A program made the translations under genes and the position numbers. Of a stretch of 64,000 nucleotides of DNA, positions 39,617-54,502 are shown piece by piece. The DNA lies in contig OX597835.1 in assembly GCA_951406725.2 (NCBI GenBank), positions 47,306,001-47,370,000 on the forward strand, written 5' to 3'. The stretch is from Octopus vulgaris (Eukaryota). Position 1 is the first letter of the stretch, and the number at the start of each line of letters is the position of its first letter. Under the pieces are notes generated by a model that had not been told where the DNA came from, ran no database searches, and saw only the letters and a program-made list of their open reading frames with translations.

Positions 39617-42437
39617 CGTGTGTTTGTGTCTGTGTTTGTCCTCCTAGCATTGCTTGACAACCGATGCTGGTGTGTTTACGTCCCCGTCACTTAGCGGTTC
39701 GGCAAAAGAGAGCAATAGAATAAGTACTGGGTTTACAAAGAATAAGTCCCGGGGTCGAATTGCTCGACTAAAGGCAGTGCTCCAGCATGGCCGCAGTCAA
39801 ATGACTGAAGCAAGTAAAATAGTATATATATAAAGCCTTAACCAGTATTCGACCCTTATGGGGTTTCGTCAAAGGTGTCTATATAACATGACCAATCCTA
39901 ATATATTAAATGTGGTAACTTCAGAGTCCTGATGCTTCTTATTTGCATAAGTGTTGAACACTTTGTTTGACATATATAAATAAGCACGCACGCATGCATT
40001 TTATGTGTGAAGGTATATATGTATATGTATGTATGCATGTATGTATAATGGAGAGGGAAGAGCGAAAGTCCACGGCGATGCAATTTGAATCACAAGAAAC
40101 TGGGGCCAAAATGGTTCCTGCCAAACTAAAAGATTGCATGACATGAATTATTGAACCAGGAGCTTTTCGCATCTCATTCCTTCTCCAAACAGTGTATTCT
40201 AACTCTATTCTAGCAACAACAAACCTACAGACGCAAAGATGAAAGAGGATCCATTGAATAGGGCATGCAGTCAATGATGCACGTGGTTAGGCTTACAAAC
40301 AAGAATCACGACCAGAGGAGATCCAGTTAGGTGTCTTGGTAAGGTCCTGAGAGCAGCGGCCGGCATATTTGAGCGGGAAAAGGTACCGGACTCAGGTGAA
40401 AAGAGACCAAATCATCGAGGTCATTAGAGGTGAGGGAAAAGTCATCTTCTCGCAAAAGACCACGAACTGTACCAGACACTCAACACAAGGAGGGCGGAGC
40501 CGGGGAAAGACAAATAAACCCCACCACCACCACCACCACCAAAAAAAACAAGCTGTGCTTATGCTGTGGGATGAAGAAGTTTGTTTGTAATTATGTTGAG
40601 ATGTGTTCAGTTCTACTGCATGGCACCTTAGGCTGACCAATACTTTGTGAGTGAATTTGGTTAGCGGAAACTGTGAGGAATCATACATACACACACACAC
40701 GCACACACACACACATATATGCTTTATTAAAAAGCAGAAGAAAAAAATTGTTACTCAGAGTTTCTCGTTCCCGTTCGTTGGACAGTTTTGCTTAGATTCT
40801 AAACAAAACTGTCCGCCGAATGGGAACATGAACGGTATCTTAGTGGTTAGGCACCTTTGAGCCTTATAGATTACGTTATGGATTCAGGATTAAGTCAGAA
40901 TCGACCGGAGAAGTACGTGACCTTCTCTGAGAACGAGAAAGTGGAACCGATAAAGATGTTGGAGGCTGATACTACAGGAGGCAGAGAGTTTATGAGGAAT
41001 GCTCTGATAAAAAAAAAAAGCAAACTAAAATGTGGTTTATATTCCTACCACGAAGTGTTACCTCCATGATTCAGTCCACAGGTTAAGGTATGACTGTAGC
41101 TTGAACGGGATTAAACCAATGAAGAGTTTTTACAGGAAATACTCGAGATGACAGAAGAGAAAGCTCTTAGAGGAGACACAGGAGGACAGAGAACTCTCAA
41201 TAATATCAAGAGCCACCAACTCAAATATGGAATCTTTTCTGTTTAGCTTTCAATGTTTGAAATTTTAAAATTAAGTAAAAATTGATGCAATTTTTCATGC
41301 TGAATCTGACGTTGTCATTCACTTGTTCCAGAAGAATTTTTGAAAAATGTCACACAGGTTTTGAAATAAAATGGAAGAAAATAAAAGGAACTGAAAAGCG
41401 TTTAGCGGGGAAAGAATGGTGTATGCATATAAAGGTTCGCTGAGGTTCACCAGAGTGGCGGTTTGTTGACCTTTAACGTAGTCTGTTGGTTATTAGTTCG
41501 ACAAAAGTTGTTCTCACGTCGGGTTGACTCCATGGTTGTTGGTTGAAGATAACAATGACGATGACGATGGATGTTGATAACAGAGTACGGCGGAGAGACG
41601 TCAAATACTGCGTTCGTTAACCGTGAGGTGATATACAATAACAACTCGCTTTAAGATTATAAGGGAGCTTATTAGACTGAGTTAGAGCTGTAAACTAACG
41701 GTGTCGTTTGAACCTACCTGAGAGTCCAAAAAATGCTTATTTTAACTAAAGCTAATACAAACATGCTACAGAGCCGCACCCCGAGAATAAAGCGGTAGGT
41801 GAAATAAACGATAGAAATGAAAGAAATGTAGCTTGGAAGGAAGGGCAATGAAATAAGCGAGAGGGCACCGGGCTTCGAGTGAGTAATGCACAAGAGGGCG
41901 AAAGAACTTTCATAACGCTGAATGACCTCCGAATAGGTTTTACGAGAGTCTGAAGCTCCAAAGGAGATGAACAAAATCGCGTGGCCAGCAAAACTTGATG
42001 TGTAAGCGTGGTAAACTTACGTCCAGCTAAGTGGAAATCGCGGGAATGCGAGAAATCAGGGTAGATGAGAGAAGAATATTGGCTGCTGTGAGAATGAACA
42101 GTGCCAAGAATTTGCCTGCAAAATCAATGAGTCGTTTGCAGTGGCAAAGGTTGCAGGTATTAGAAAAGCGACAGTGGCTTACAAAAACTGGGGGAAAATC
42201 TCACAGAAGTGACCATGCAAAATACTAGCGAAGCGAATCAAGCCATGAAGATGGCGGCAAACGAAAGAAGTTCCAAATGCATCGCTAAGCAGAATAATAT
42301 TTTTACCACTTGACCCTTCTAACCTATTCTAGGCCACCAAAAGTTAGAATTGTGATAACAAGTGCCACCAACGAAATCAATATGTCTCTCTTTCTTGCTA
42401 TCTTGCGATAGCTATATATATATACGGAAATTTCCGA

Positions 42438-43555
42438 GGTGCTCCATCTGCTGCCAGAAACCGTTAAAGGGTGGGTTAGGGATGTCTTGGCTGATGATGC
42501 GCTGAGGCTGAGACACCTTTGGCTCTACCTGGATGGTGAACGGGTGTGGTCACCGCATGTCAAGTTCTTCCTGCCACAACTGACGTCCCTGCAGGACGTA
42601 GGTGCATGGATCTTGCAGAGACCTAAAATGAGCGAATGGCAGAGGGAGTGCTGACATGCGCTCGCTCTGTTCTCTCGAGCGAGCAATACCGGCTGCGAGG
42701 CTAACTCTGCGGACTTTTGTAGCGGGTTCGTAGAACACATGTCCGACGACGTCCTGGAGGAGCCTCTAGGCTTCGACGAGGAAGAGCTTGTCAACCTGTT
42801 TGGAAGAACATTCGGGCTGAGGTATCTGGACAACTTCCAGAAATCCCTGGCCTGGTTGTGCTACCGATCGGCCTTGCCAGTTCGAGAGAGGTTGTCAAGG
42901 CAAGGTGCTGGTACCCCACCCGAATGCACGAGGTGTGGGTGCCTTCGTACATTGTGAGGAACTAAGGGGACTGATAAGATATGTCGAACAATTGGTGTCA
43001 GATACGGAAAGAGTACGGTTATCGACTGAGTCTATCATCAAGATTGTGCCGCCTCCTTCCTTAAAAGGAGGCGTCATTTTTCTGCGTAGTAGCCATATTG
43101 AAAGAGACAGTGTGGGTGACACGTGGGAGAGGAATTAAGACAGACAACTTTATCTCCGGACACGGCTTGGTTAATTTTTTAACTACTTCCTGTCCAGAAA
43201 GATCAGTCTGGAGAAAAGGGGCCTACCTCAAAGAACGTTTGAGAAAAGATGGACAAATGTCGTAAGGAAGTTGAGAGTGAATGGGGCCGCACTAGTGTAG
43301 CCGGTCTGAACGGAAAAGGAGGAAAAAAACAGAAGAAAAAAAAAAGGGGGGTATTATAAAAAGTAAAGAAAGGGAAAACCCGGTGGGTGGAACACGAACC
43401 CGAAAAATATATCATCGTGTAATTTTAAAAATTCATTTCGGTTTCATTATATTGGATTTTTAAATAATATATAACTCCAGCCCCTAAATGTCTTTTTTTT
43501 ATCCTTGTGCTGTCCCCTCTGTGTCATGGCCTGTGTGCCGAATAAAAGAAATTAA
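42438..43555 (+). mobile_element. L1/Tx1-like LINE 3' fragment
   Basis: KSLAWLCYRSALPVRERL...CTRCG...AFVHC (zf-RVT-like CCHC), then UTR with AATAAA at 43541 and GA repeat. Confidence 0.7.
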
Positions 43556-44012
43556 TGAGAGAGAGACCATCAGTTAATGAACAGAGACCAACTAGAGTCA
43601 TGGCGACAAACAGGCAACCACTAAAGACAAATGGTCAGAGGGAGAAAGAAGGTTACGACCAGCCAACCATGAGACACAACTTCCCTTCAATCTATAACTT
43701 TCACTAAATCACTTTCTTCTCTCTTACGACACCATTCTACCATTATCTATGGTTTACTCCGACAATAAGAACGTCTACACACATTCAGACCGAAATTATC
43801 TTTCTTAACCTCTCATGCTCTTTCAATTATAACACACCTGCCCGTCGAGGTGTGGCATTATATCAAGAAATAGTGAATAAATATTTCTTTACAACTTCGA
43901 TCACTGTTCTTCGTTCCTTCGTTCATCTTGCACATCTGCAACAGCAACACCCGTTACAATTGGTAATTGCCCACTCCAACATACGTCATAATACAAACCA
44001 TTACACCGGCAA

Positions 44013-44780
<768 letters not shown>

Positions 44781-45462
44781 TTGTCTGTAGTTTCAGCTCA
44801 GAGTTGCGGCCATGCTGATGCACCGCTGTTTTGCTTCACTGTTGTTACTGAGAGCATCCTCCTCCAACATGTGGCACTTGGTGAAGAATGGAGTTTGATG
44901 TAGCTACCCTCATTTGCACCTCTTGCCGTGAGGTAGGTTCATCTGGGACTCTCGACAGGAAGCGGTCCCCTACATCTACTTTGTGCCAGTTCCTCAGACT
45001 CTTTGGGAGAATATTAAAAAGCAATGAAACCCAGGCTGTTGCAGAAGCTGGTCCTGAAGCGTGATGGCATTGCTGGGATCTTTGGCACTATGCAGTGTCG
45101 TCCCGTTCTAGCATTGGTGTAGCTTACAATGCCAAAATTTGGCACATTTCCTTCCAGGATCTTCCAGATGTATATTACTGCATACCTCTCCCGTCTTCTC
45201 TCCAGGGAGTAGAGTCTTAGCGGTTTCAACCTTTCCCAGTAGCTGAGCTGTTGTAAAGGGACGATCTTCTTTGTGATTCTTCTCTGGATTGCTTCAAGAT
45301 CCGCTGTTAATTTTACACTGGTGGGTGACCATAGCTGTGAGCAGTAATCCAGGTGGCTGAGGACGAATGTCCTCTAGAAGACCATCATGGCTTCCTTATC
45401 TCTGCTTCTAAATGTTCTCGGGATCCATCCAGCCAGTCGTCTGCACTTTGTCGCCATCCTGG
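44781..45462 (-). mobile_element. CR1/L2-group LINE 3' fragment
   Basis: HLDYCSQLWSP...LEAIQRRITK...SYWERLKPLRLYSLERRRERYAVIYIWKIL plus 3' UTR. Confidence 0.85.
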
Positions 45463-45473
45463 TAATGTGCACT

Positions 45474-46735
<1,262 letters not shown>

Positions 46736-46737
46736 TA

Positions 46738-46862
46738 CTACAGTTCTATATTTAATAGATGAGTATTTATGTACATTATTTACATTTGACGGACATATGA
46801 CGTAGTGGTTAAGAGTGCGGGCTACAAACCCCAAGACTCCGAGTTCGATTCCAGGCAGTAAT

Positions 46863-46919
<57 letters not shown>

Positions 46920-47037
46920 TACATCGAAAAAATACCTTAGGAATGAGAACCCAGGTTCGAAATTTCCCCAAGACACCTGATGAAGGCTGGAGGGTATATC
47001 AGCCAAAACGTTGTGTTAACAACAAACAAGATGAGGA

Positions 47038-47042
<5 letters not shown>
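46738..47042 (+). mobile_element. Second copy of the tRNA-headed hammerhead-like element
   Basis: intact B-box gagttcgattcc 46841-46852, hammerhead-like 46971-47017, inverted copy of family 3' end at 46738-46797. Confidence 0.7.
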
Positions 47043-47097
<55 letters not shown>

Positions 47098-47307
47098 AGA
47101 ATTCACAAAAAAAAAACAAAAACAAAAAAAAAGACGAAGACAGGTGGTGTAGACAACAAGCAGATGTATTAGTATAACGCTCGGGAAGTGAAAAAGTATT
47201 TTACGTTTCGAGCCTACGCTCTTCCACAGAAAGAAACAGGGAGAGAAAATAAAGAATGTGTAGTGGCTGACGATCTATCATGGCGAAGGCCGGACGGAAG
47301 AGTCATA

Positions 47308-47375
<68 letters not shown>

Positions 47376-47704
47376 GCTGTTTAAGGGGATTAAACGGTTG
47401 AGGGGATTACCCTGGGTTTCACGTCCTTAAAGCGCTTTGCAGCATATCGTCAGATCTCAGATTTTGGGATCTGACGATACGCTGTAAAGGTAAGCGCTTT
47501 GTGGACGTAATCCATAAAGCGACCTTATCTAACTTTATCGATATAAACTGCTCTAGAACTTAGAGTGTGCTTCTTTTTCGGATTTACGTTTTACATACAT
47601 GCATACACACACATATACAGACGTTTATATAGATACATATACATATATATACACAATGTGTATATGTGTGTGTGTGCGTGCGTGTGTGTCTGTGTGTGTT
47701 TGTG

Positions 47705-48537
47705 TATATGTGGTATCAAAAAGTTCCCGGACTAATTATATTTATAGAAAACTCATTTACCTAAGTTTTGTCATCCTCTCCTTCGAAATAGACACCTTGC
47801 ACAGCAATACACCTGTCCCAGCGTTCCTGAAACTTTTTGGAAACCGGCCCGGAAGTCGTTTTCTGTAAGCGTGTCGAGAACCTTCCGCCATTCGATCTTG
47901 ATCTCAACAACAGTGTTAAAACGTCGACCTTTGACCTGCCTTTTCATCACCGAAGCGACACAATCTTGTTTTTGGCGAGAAACGCTCGAGTGAAGAGAAT
48001 TCGGTGACAAGGTGTCATCGTGAAGAATCTAATTCTTGGCGCTCCACAAACCCGGCCGCTTTCGCCGAATGTCCTTTCTCAAACACTTCAAACGGTCGCA
48101 GTAGAACTCTCGATTAACAGTCTGGTCCTGGGGGAGGAATTCTCGATGCGCAATACCGTGGATGTCAGATAAAAATAAAAAGAAAGAAAAAATGATGAGC
48201 ATGCTCTGTGACACTCGAAACATTGCATTCGACCCATTGCCCTGTCGCCGCAAGCTCGCCAAAGCATGCTCAATGTCTTTGTAGCAGACTTTCCAAGTTT
48301 AAACGCAGAATTTCACGTTGACTCTTTGTTCCCAGTTCCTGTTCATGACAAAATCGCAGACTACGGCATACAAGCGATCGCAAAAACAAATTTCACAACT
48401 TGCAAAGTAAACACAATGATGTCACTTGGCACACTGCCTCGTGAAGGTCACTGCCAGCTCTCGGGGGGCGCACGCAACCGTGTGCTGCCTTCTATTGGCG
48501 CGCTACAGAGCTAGTTCGGAAACTTTCTGGCCCAACT

Positions 48538-48541
<4 letters not shown>
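47705..48541 (-). mobile_element. Internally deleted mariner transposon (second family)
   Basis: TIR-like aaaagttcccggacta / tagttcggaaacttt; remnants EQRVNVKFCV, HREFLPQDQTVNREFYC..L..IRRKRPGLW, KGRRFNTVVEIK. Confidence 0.85.
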
Positions 48542-48575
<34 letters not shown>

Positions 48576-48779
48576 AGTAGGTGAATGAATTATCCTATGT
48601 TTATCGTCAGCATGGAAAATTCGTTTAACCGAAACCTGGGTAGCAAATTCACGTCAGAAAACACGGTTGAAGCGACCTGTCAAGGGTAGAAACTCAGGGT
48701 TCAAGTGTAGAAATTTGTGTGTTGTATATGAATAAATGAAAGAATGGAGTCGAACGAAGATGTTAACAAAATTCCTTTA

Positions 48780-48861
48780 CTCTCGACACATGTTTCGATG
48801 ACAGCATGTTTTCATTCCAAAGGAATAAAGGGTGCATTATGCAATCTTCTCATCAGGAAAG
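48780..48861 (-). ncRNA. Type I hammerhead ribozyme motif, intact core (same family as 4689-4772)
   Basis: ctttc-CTGATGA-[stem II]-GAAAC-atgt-GTC-gagag; flank aacgaagat.ttaacaaaattccttta shared with 4658-4683. Confidence 0.6.
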
Positions 48862-48955
48862 AAAGGGAGCCTCTCTCAACAACAAGACAAACAAAAATGT
48901 CGATGATAGCCTACATGGTAAACAAAGCGATAATATATATATATATATATATATG

Positions 48956-48987
<32 letters not shown>

Positions 48988-49087
48988 TGTATGTATGTAT
49001 GTATGTATGTGTATGTGTGAAACCTAACTGTGTTCATCTGTATCACTCTCTAAACATGCGTACATACGTTCGTACGTTAGCACGTAT

Positions 49088-49121
<34 letters not shown>

Positions 49122-49614
49122 TCCCATTGATAACGCTGCGTTTCGGTATCCGACAGAGGGCAACACTGGACAGATAAGACATTTTTACAAACTTTTACCA
49201 TAATGGAGAATTTTCGTCTCCATGGTAACTGCTGTGAATTTGCCTTTGGATGTTGGAATACGTTACAAACATATTTTAACTAACCTAAAGTCCTCGTATA
49301 TATATATATATATATATCACCAATTCAAGTAATTGTTTCTAAAATTGGAACAAGACCAGAAATTGGTGGAGCAGGGCCTAGTCGACAATATCATCTTCAG
49401 TACTTGACTGGTCCTTATTTCATTGAACGCGGAAGGGTAAAAGGTAACTCTAAGCTCGACTGGATTTGAACTCAGAACTTAAACACCGGAACATATACAA
49501 CAAGGAATTTTTTTGGGTGACTCTATAAAGATTCTGCAAATTCACTGCTTCCTCGAAACACACACGTACACACACACAATCTCAACCATATATTCATACA
49601 CATTGACAAACCCT

Positions 49615-49653
<39 letters not shown>

Positions 49654-50010
49654 ATTCGAGGTCGCTCACACAATGAATAGAATTTGTCAATTGCGGCGTA
49701 ATCATCGGGAGTTACCTCCCTTCGCCGTCCCTAACAACGTGCGAAGCGGAACCAAGAAAATGACATTGAAGTCCCGTAGAGGAGATCGCATCCACCACCC
49801 GCTCGGTTCCATCGCTCGTTCCAAGCTGCCAAAAAGCTCCGCGGTTTATCCATGACGGTCCTAACTTCACAACCAGGCTAAACATATGGATGTGACTCCA
49901 CAGACATATTTATTCACCGCGCACCTTGTATTAGTATTGTTATTATTATTGCGGCAAGAATTTCTCTTCTGGTAACCGAGTCATCACACTTCACTTTGTT
50001 TCCGGACGAA

Positions 50011-50033
50011 ATGGCATTTCAGCTTCCACTGAG
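50011..50033 (+). CDS. TRMT2B: TRMT2B-like tRNA (uracil-5-)-methyltransferase, coding exon 1
   Basis: gaaATG GCA TTT CAG CTT CCA CTG AG|GTATTG; phase 2 joins next exon to give MAFQLPLRSLGLQCLRKFPNQRFSS (Arg-rich, acid-free, presequence-like). Confidence 0.65.
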
Positions 50034-50612
50034 GTATTGTAACACACTATTATGATATCACATACCTTATATATATATATATATATATGCATATATAAAC
50101 AAAAAACGATCACCGGTACAAAACCGAACGTGCCACCCCAACCATACTACAATCACATAATTACAGATGAATAATTATTTTCATTTAAGTGTTATCTTAG
50201 ATTAATTAAAATGAGTTAATTACCGTTTTATGTTACATTTTATAGACATAAAAACACCGCACTTTGGTAATTTTGTAAACATTCTAGGATTCCACGTGTT
50301 TGTGTAAAATAATACTTTATAAATCATCGAGGAAGTTGGCGATGTCTTACGACGCACTGACTTTGTTATTTCGTCGTAAATTGTTTTTATAGGCAAAAAA
50401 AAAAAACCATTATATTTTAGAATTTGATGATGCAAGCGCAGGCGTGGGTGTTTAGTAAGTGGTTTACCTCTTAACCATGTTGTTCCCTGTTCCGTCCAAC
50501 TTCGTTCCACCTTGGGCAAGTGCTTTCTAATGTAGCCTTTCGCCGACCAAAGACTTGTGAATGGATTTGGTAGACGGAAACAGAAAGAAAATCCGTCTTA
50601 TGTATGTGTGTG

Positions 50613-50647
<35 letters not shown>

Positions 50648-51161
50648 GTTTGTGTGTGTGTGGTTCAAACAGGAAAAATAGAACTCAAAATACGCGGATG
50701 TGGATATTTGTGTAAAAAATGTGTTTCGATGCTGGGACACCTGGCGGTGTTGATTTGGTTATGTCTCCGTAACTTAGCGGTTCGGAAAAAGAGAACGATA
50801 GAATAAGTACCAGGCTTTAAAAAAAAGGTGCGTTCGTACCACTAAAAAGTCTTTAATGTGGTGCCCCAGTATGGCCGCAGTCTAATGACTGAAACACGTA
50901 AAACGATAAAAGGTATTTCCGAGGATTCCAGGTTGTTCTGAAGGTTGTTGTTTACTTAAACTCGATTTCACATGCGCGCGCACACACACGCGCTTTTTTA
51001 TTGGTTTCAGGCATCGGGCTGTGGCCACGCTGGAGCCGCTTTATAAGCGTTTTTGTTCCATCATATCGATCGTTTGAACTTATTTCAGTCTCGCAGTTGC
51101 TTTTTATTGACTGTTAACTATCGAACTGCTAAGTTATGCTCTGGCATAATCTATGACACCG

Positions 51162-51574
51162 GTGGATCTTTTCGGTTTGACCGGCAGTTTTTTCAAGCGG
51201 TGTCATATGAAATTGTCACCCATAATTATGACCCTAGTATCGATCTATTGCATTTCAATCTGTTTTAGGGTTAGGTTTAGGGGTGGGGGGAAGGGTATTT
51301 TTTTGTCTTCACAAATGTAAATAAACCCGATCTGTTTCTTAAACGAGGGACATATTCATACGGCACAGAATGTTTTCACCTCAATAGACGTCATTGATTG
51401 GTTGAAATTGAAGGAAAAAAAACCAACAAATATCTTACAAACTATAGAATTTTGACAATAAAGCCAAGAGAAAAGATGTTTTATAAACACATTCTACCAG
51501 TATACGAAGTTTAAAAGTGTTTAGTTATGTGGAAATTATTTTAAAAAACTGCCGGTCAAATTGAAAAGATCCAC
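51162..51574. mobile_element. MITE with ~32-bp TIRs
   Basis: gtggatcttttcggtttgaccggcagtttttt / aaaaaactgccggtcaaattgaaaagatccac. Confidence 0.8.
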
Positions 51575-52002
51575 AACAGTAAACATTAAACGACAGTCAA
51601 CGAGGGAGCACCTTACACCATCACTCAAAAGTCTGAGAAATAGCAGACAAATCAACCTCAAATCACACTCTACTACCATTTTAAAGGAAGTCCCTGAAAT
51701 GCAAGTAAGCGGGATTGACATTACTGGAACGCCTTTCATCATATTTCTGCTCAAACGTGGCTGAACAACAACAACACATTTTGTATAGGGTTCAGTCAAT
51801 GGGCTCTGGCCATAATGGAGTACTACATTTGATTGACCCAGTCTGGTGGTTCCCAACTGGGATCCATATAAGATTGGAGCGGGGAGCCCAAGCAAAATTG
51901 TAAATTGGGGTCTTACTGTAGTATTTTAAGGGTCCAAGAAAAAAAAAATTGTTACTTTCAATGTATTTATTGCAAACAAGAGCTAAATTTCTTTCTCTAA
52001 CA

Positions 52003-52546
52003 CAGTAGTTCTCGACAATATGGCCCCTAAAGGTCCATGTAAGATTTTTGGGGGTCCACCTGACAAAATAACAAACTTGAGATCCACAATAGTATTTTAA
52101 GGTTGTCTGAAAAACTATTTTTGCTTTCGATGTATGTCTTCGTATGAATTGCAAAAGACATCTTGGTTTCTTTCTCGAATGTTTTACAGAGTTCAACCAA
52201 CACAAGTTTCATCATCATCATCGTTTAACGTCTGCTTTCCATGCTGGCATGGATTGGACGGTTTGACTGAGGACTGGCAATACAGCAGGCTGCACCAGGC
52301 TCCAACTGATCTGGCAAGGTTTCTGCAGCTGGATGCCCTTCCTAATGCCAACCACTCCGAGAGTATAGTGGGTGCTCTTACGTGCCACTGGCACAGGAAC
52401 CAGCTTATGTGTGAAAAACAAAATAGGAATTTTGAAATAAATTTCTTTCAGACTTGTTCTTAAACATTGAATGTCTATGGGGGTCCACCAGAATGAAATA
52501 GTAATCAAAAGAGTCCATAGGGGGGAAAAATGGTCGAGAAGCCCTG
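52003..52546. mobile_element. hAT (Charlie-like) non-autonomous element with 8-bp TSD, nested in an older copy of the same family (about 51846-52763)
   Basis: TIRs cagtagttctcgac / gtcgagaagccctg; TSD ctctaaca at 51995-52002 and 52547-52554. Confidence 0.85.
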
Positions 52547-54391
52547 CTCTAACATTTCACGTAGTTCAACAAATTTCTTGTCACTGAAACATGTTCTCAC
52601 ACAGAGTCCTATTGCAAACAAGGGAACAGGTGAAAACCAAAATAGGAATTTTGAAGGAAGTATCTATAAAACTTGTTCTTAAACATCGACCGGCTTTGAG
52701 GGTCCACCAGAATAAAACAGCAATCAAAGGGGTCCATAGGGAAAAAATGGTTGGGAATCACTGATCAAATCGACCAGGTTGAACCTCGTATCTGTTTCAG
52801 TTCGGTATTTATTGATCTATTTAATTATGATCCTTTCCATCCATGAACAGGCTTGTATTCTAAAAAAAATCCCTGTCTGTACTTCACTGGTATTTTATTT
52901 TAGGGACCCCTGCAAAAGTGGAAGGCAAAAATTAACTTTGACGGGATTTGGAGAACTGGGAATATAAAGTGCTGTAACAAAATGCCTCAAGGTATATTGT
53001 CCAATGCATGATGAATGACTTGACCAATCCATTGGCATTTTATATATATATATATATATATATTTATATACTTATATCTTTTATCTTTTAATTGTTTTAG
53101 TGATGAGACTCGTCATGCTGAGGCACCACGGTGAAGACTTTTTAGTTGAATGAGTTGACCCCAGGACTTCTTTTTAAAGTCTAGTACTTATTCTATCAAT
53201 CTCTTTTGCCGAACTGCTAAGCTGTGGGACGTAAACACCGAAACCAGTTGTCAAGCAGTGATGGAAGGACAAACACAGGTGAAAGTCACACACACATAGA
53301 TATATGTATATATATACATACATATGTACGTATATGAAAAAAAATTAATATAGAGAGCTGTCTGCAATGTGTTACCAAAAAGGAAAACCTATAATTGTCA
53401 CTAAATGTGACTAGGCTGTTAGAAACCCCTACATTGCTAGAAATAAGAGCTAAAATGCTCTGATGCTGTAGTTAAAGCACATAATTGTATACATATGAAC
53501 TGACAGATTCGGTAATCACCTGAAAACATTGGTCGAGAAATTCCCTCTACTAATGGGTCAGTTTCAGCTAATTTCTTAACCTCATCTGTAGGGACCACTT
53601 GATTCAGCTGCTTCTGGACTTAATTCTCTGTCTGTTCGTCTATATTCACCATAAATATCTAAGAATGATTTAGCAAATGGCTAATGTGTATACAAACAAT
53701 TGATATAGACAGCCGTGTGCAATATTATATACACATATGATGGTCTCCCTTCTATTTCTGTCTCCCTAGGCTTTGGTTGGCCCGAGGTTATAGTAGAAGA
53801 CACTTGCTGCTGGTGCCATGCAGCGGGACTGAACTTGGAACCAAGTGACTGCAAAGCAAGCTTCTTACCACACAGCTACTCATGTGTGAAACAAAAATGA
53901 GCCGAGAGAAATAACTCTGAGCGGCCAGTGGCATGTATTTGAACAATATTGACAAATACAGGTATACTAAATACCATACAACATAAATTCTGGATTTATT
54001 AAGATTACTCTGTCTCTAGATGCAGAGTAAATTAAATAGATCAAGACTCATAATTCTCAAATGGCAATCAAGGCTGACTCTCATTCAGAAGGGGAGATAA
54101 TCTCAAGAATCAAGGATTCTCCAAAGGTGACATGCCATTAAAGAAGAGGACAGGCTTATTGTTTGGAGATAAGAGGACAGTTGTAGACTCCTGCTTCTGT
54201 CTCAGTTGCTGTCTTCAGCACAGCAATCACTCTAACCTTTCTCCAGTGACCAAGATACTTGGACTTTTCCAAAGAGAGTTGAACATGTTTGTGGCTTGGG
54301 TAGTTTGTCCATCGGTGTTTCTATAGAATTTCCAAAGTGAAAGTTAAATGTTTCACTTCATTTTTTATTTTGTTTTGTTTTTCTCCTGCAG

Positions 54392-54502
54392 ATCTCTTGG
54401 CTTACAATGTCTAAGAAAGTTTCCCAACCAAAGATTCAGTTCTGAAACTGCTGCCATTACAGAATCAACGAATGTAACCCCGGTAAAATCCAAACGTAAA
54501 AA
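54392..54502 (+). CDS. TRMT2B: TRMT2B-like exon 2
   Basis: long pyrimidine tract ctcctgcAG / GTTAGT; SLGLQCLRKFPNQRFSSETAAITESTNVTPVKSKRK; phase 2 to 2. Confidence 0.7.

Noticed and set aside
51264-51285. Telomere-like TTAGGG/TTAGG units
   Set aside because: Only about 3 imperfect units inside a MITE
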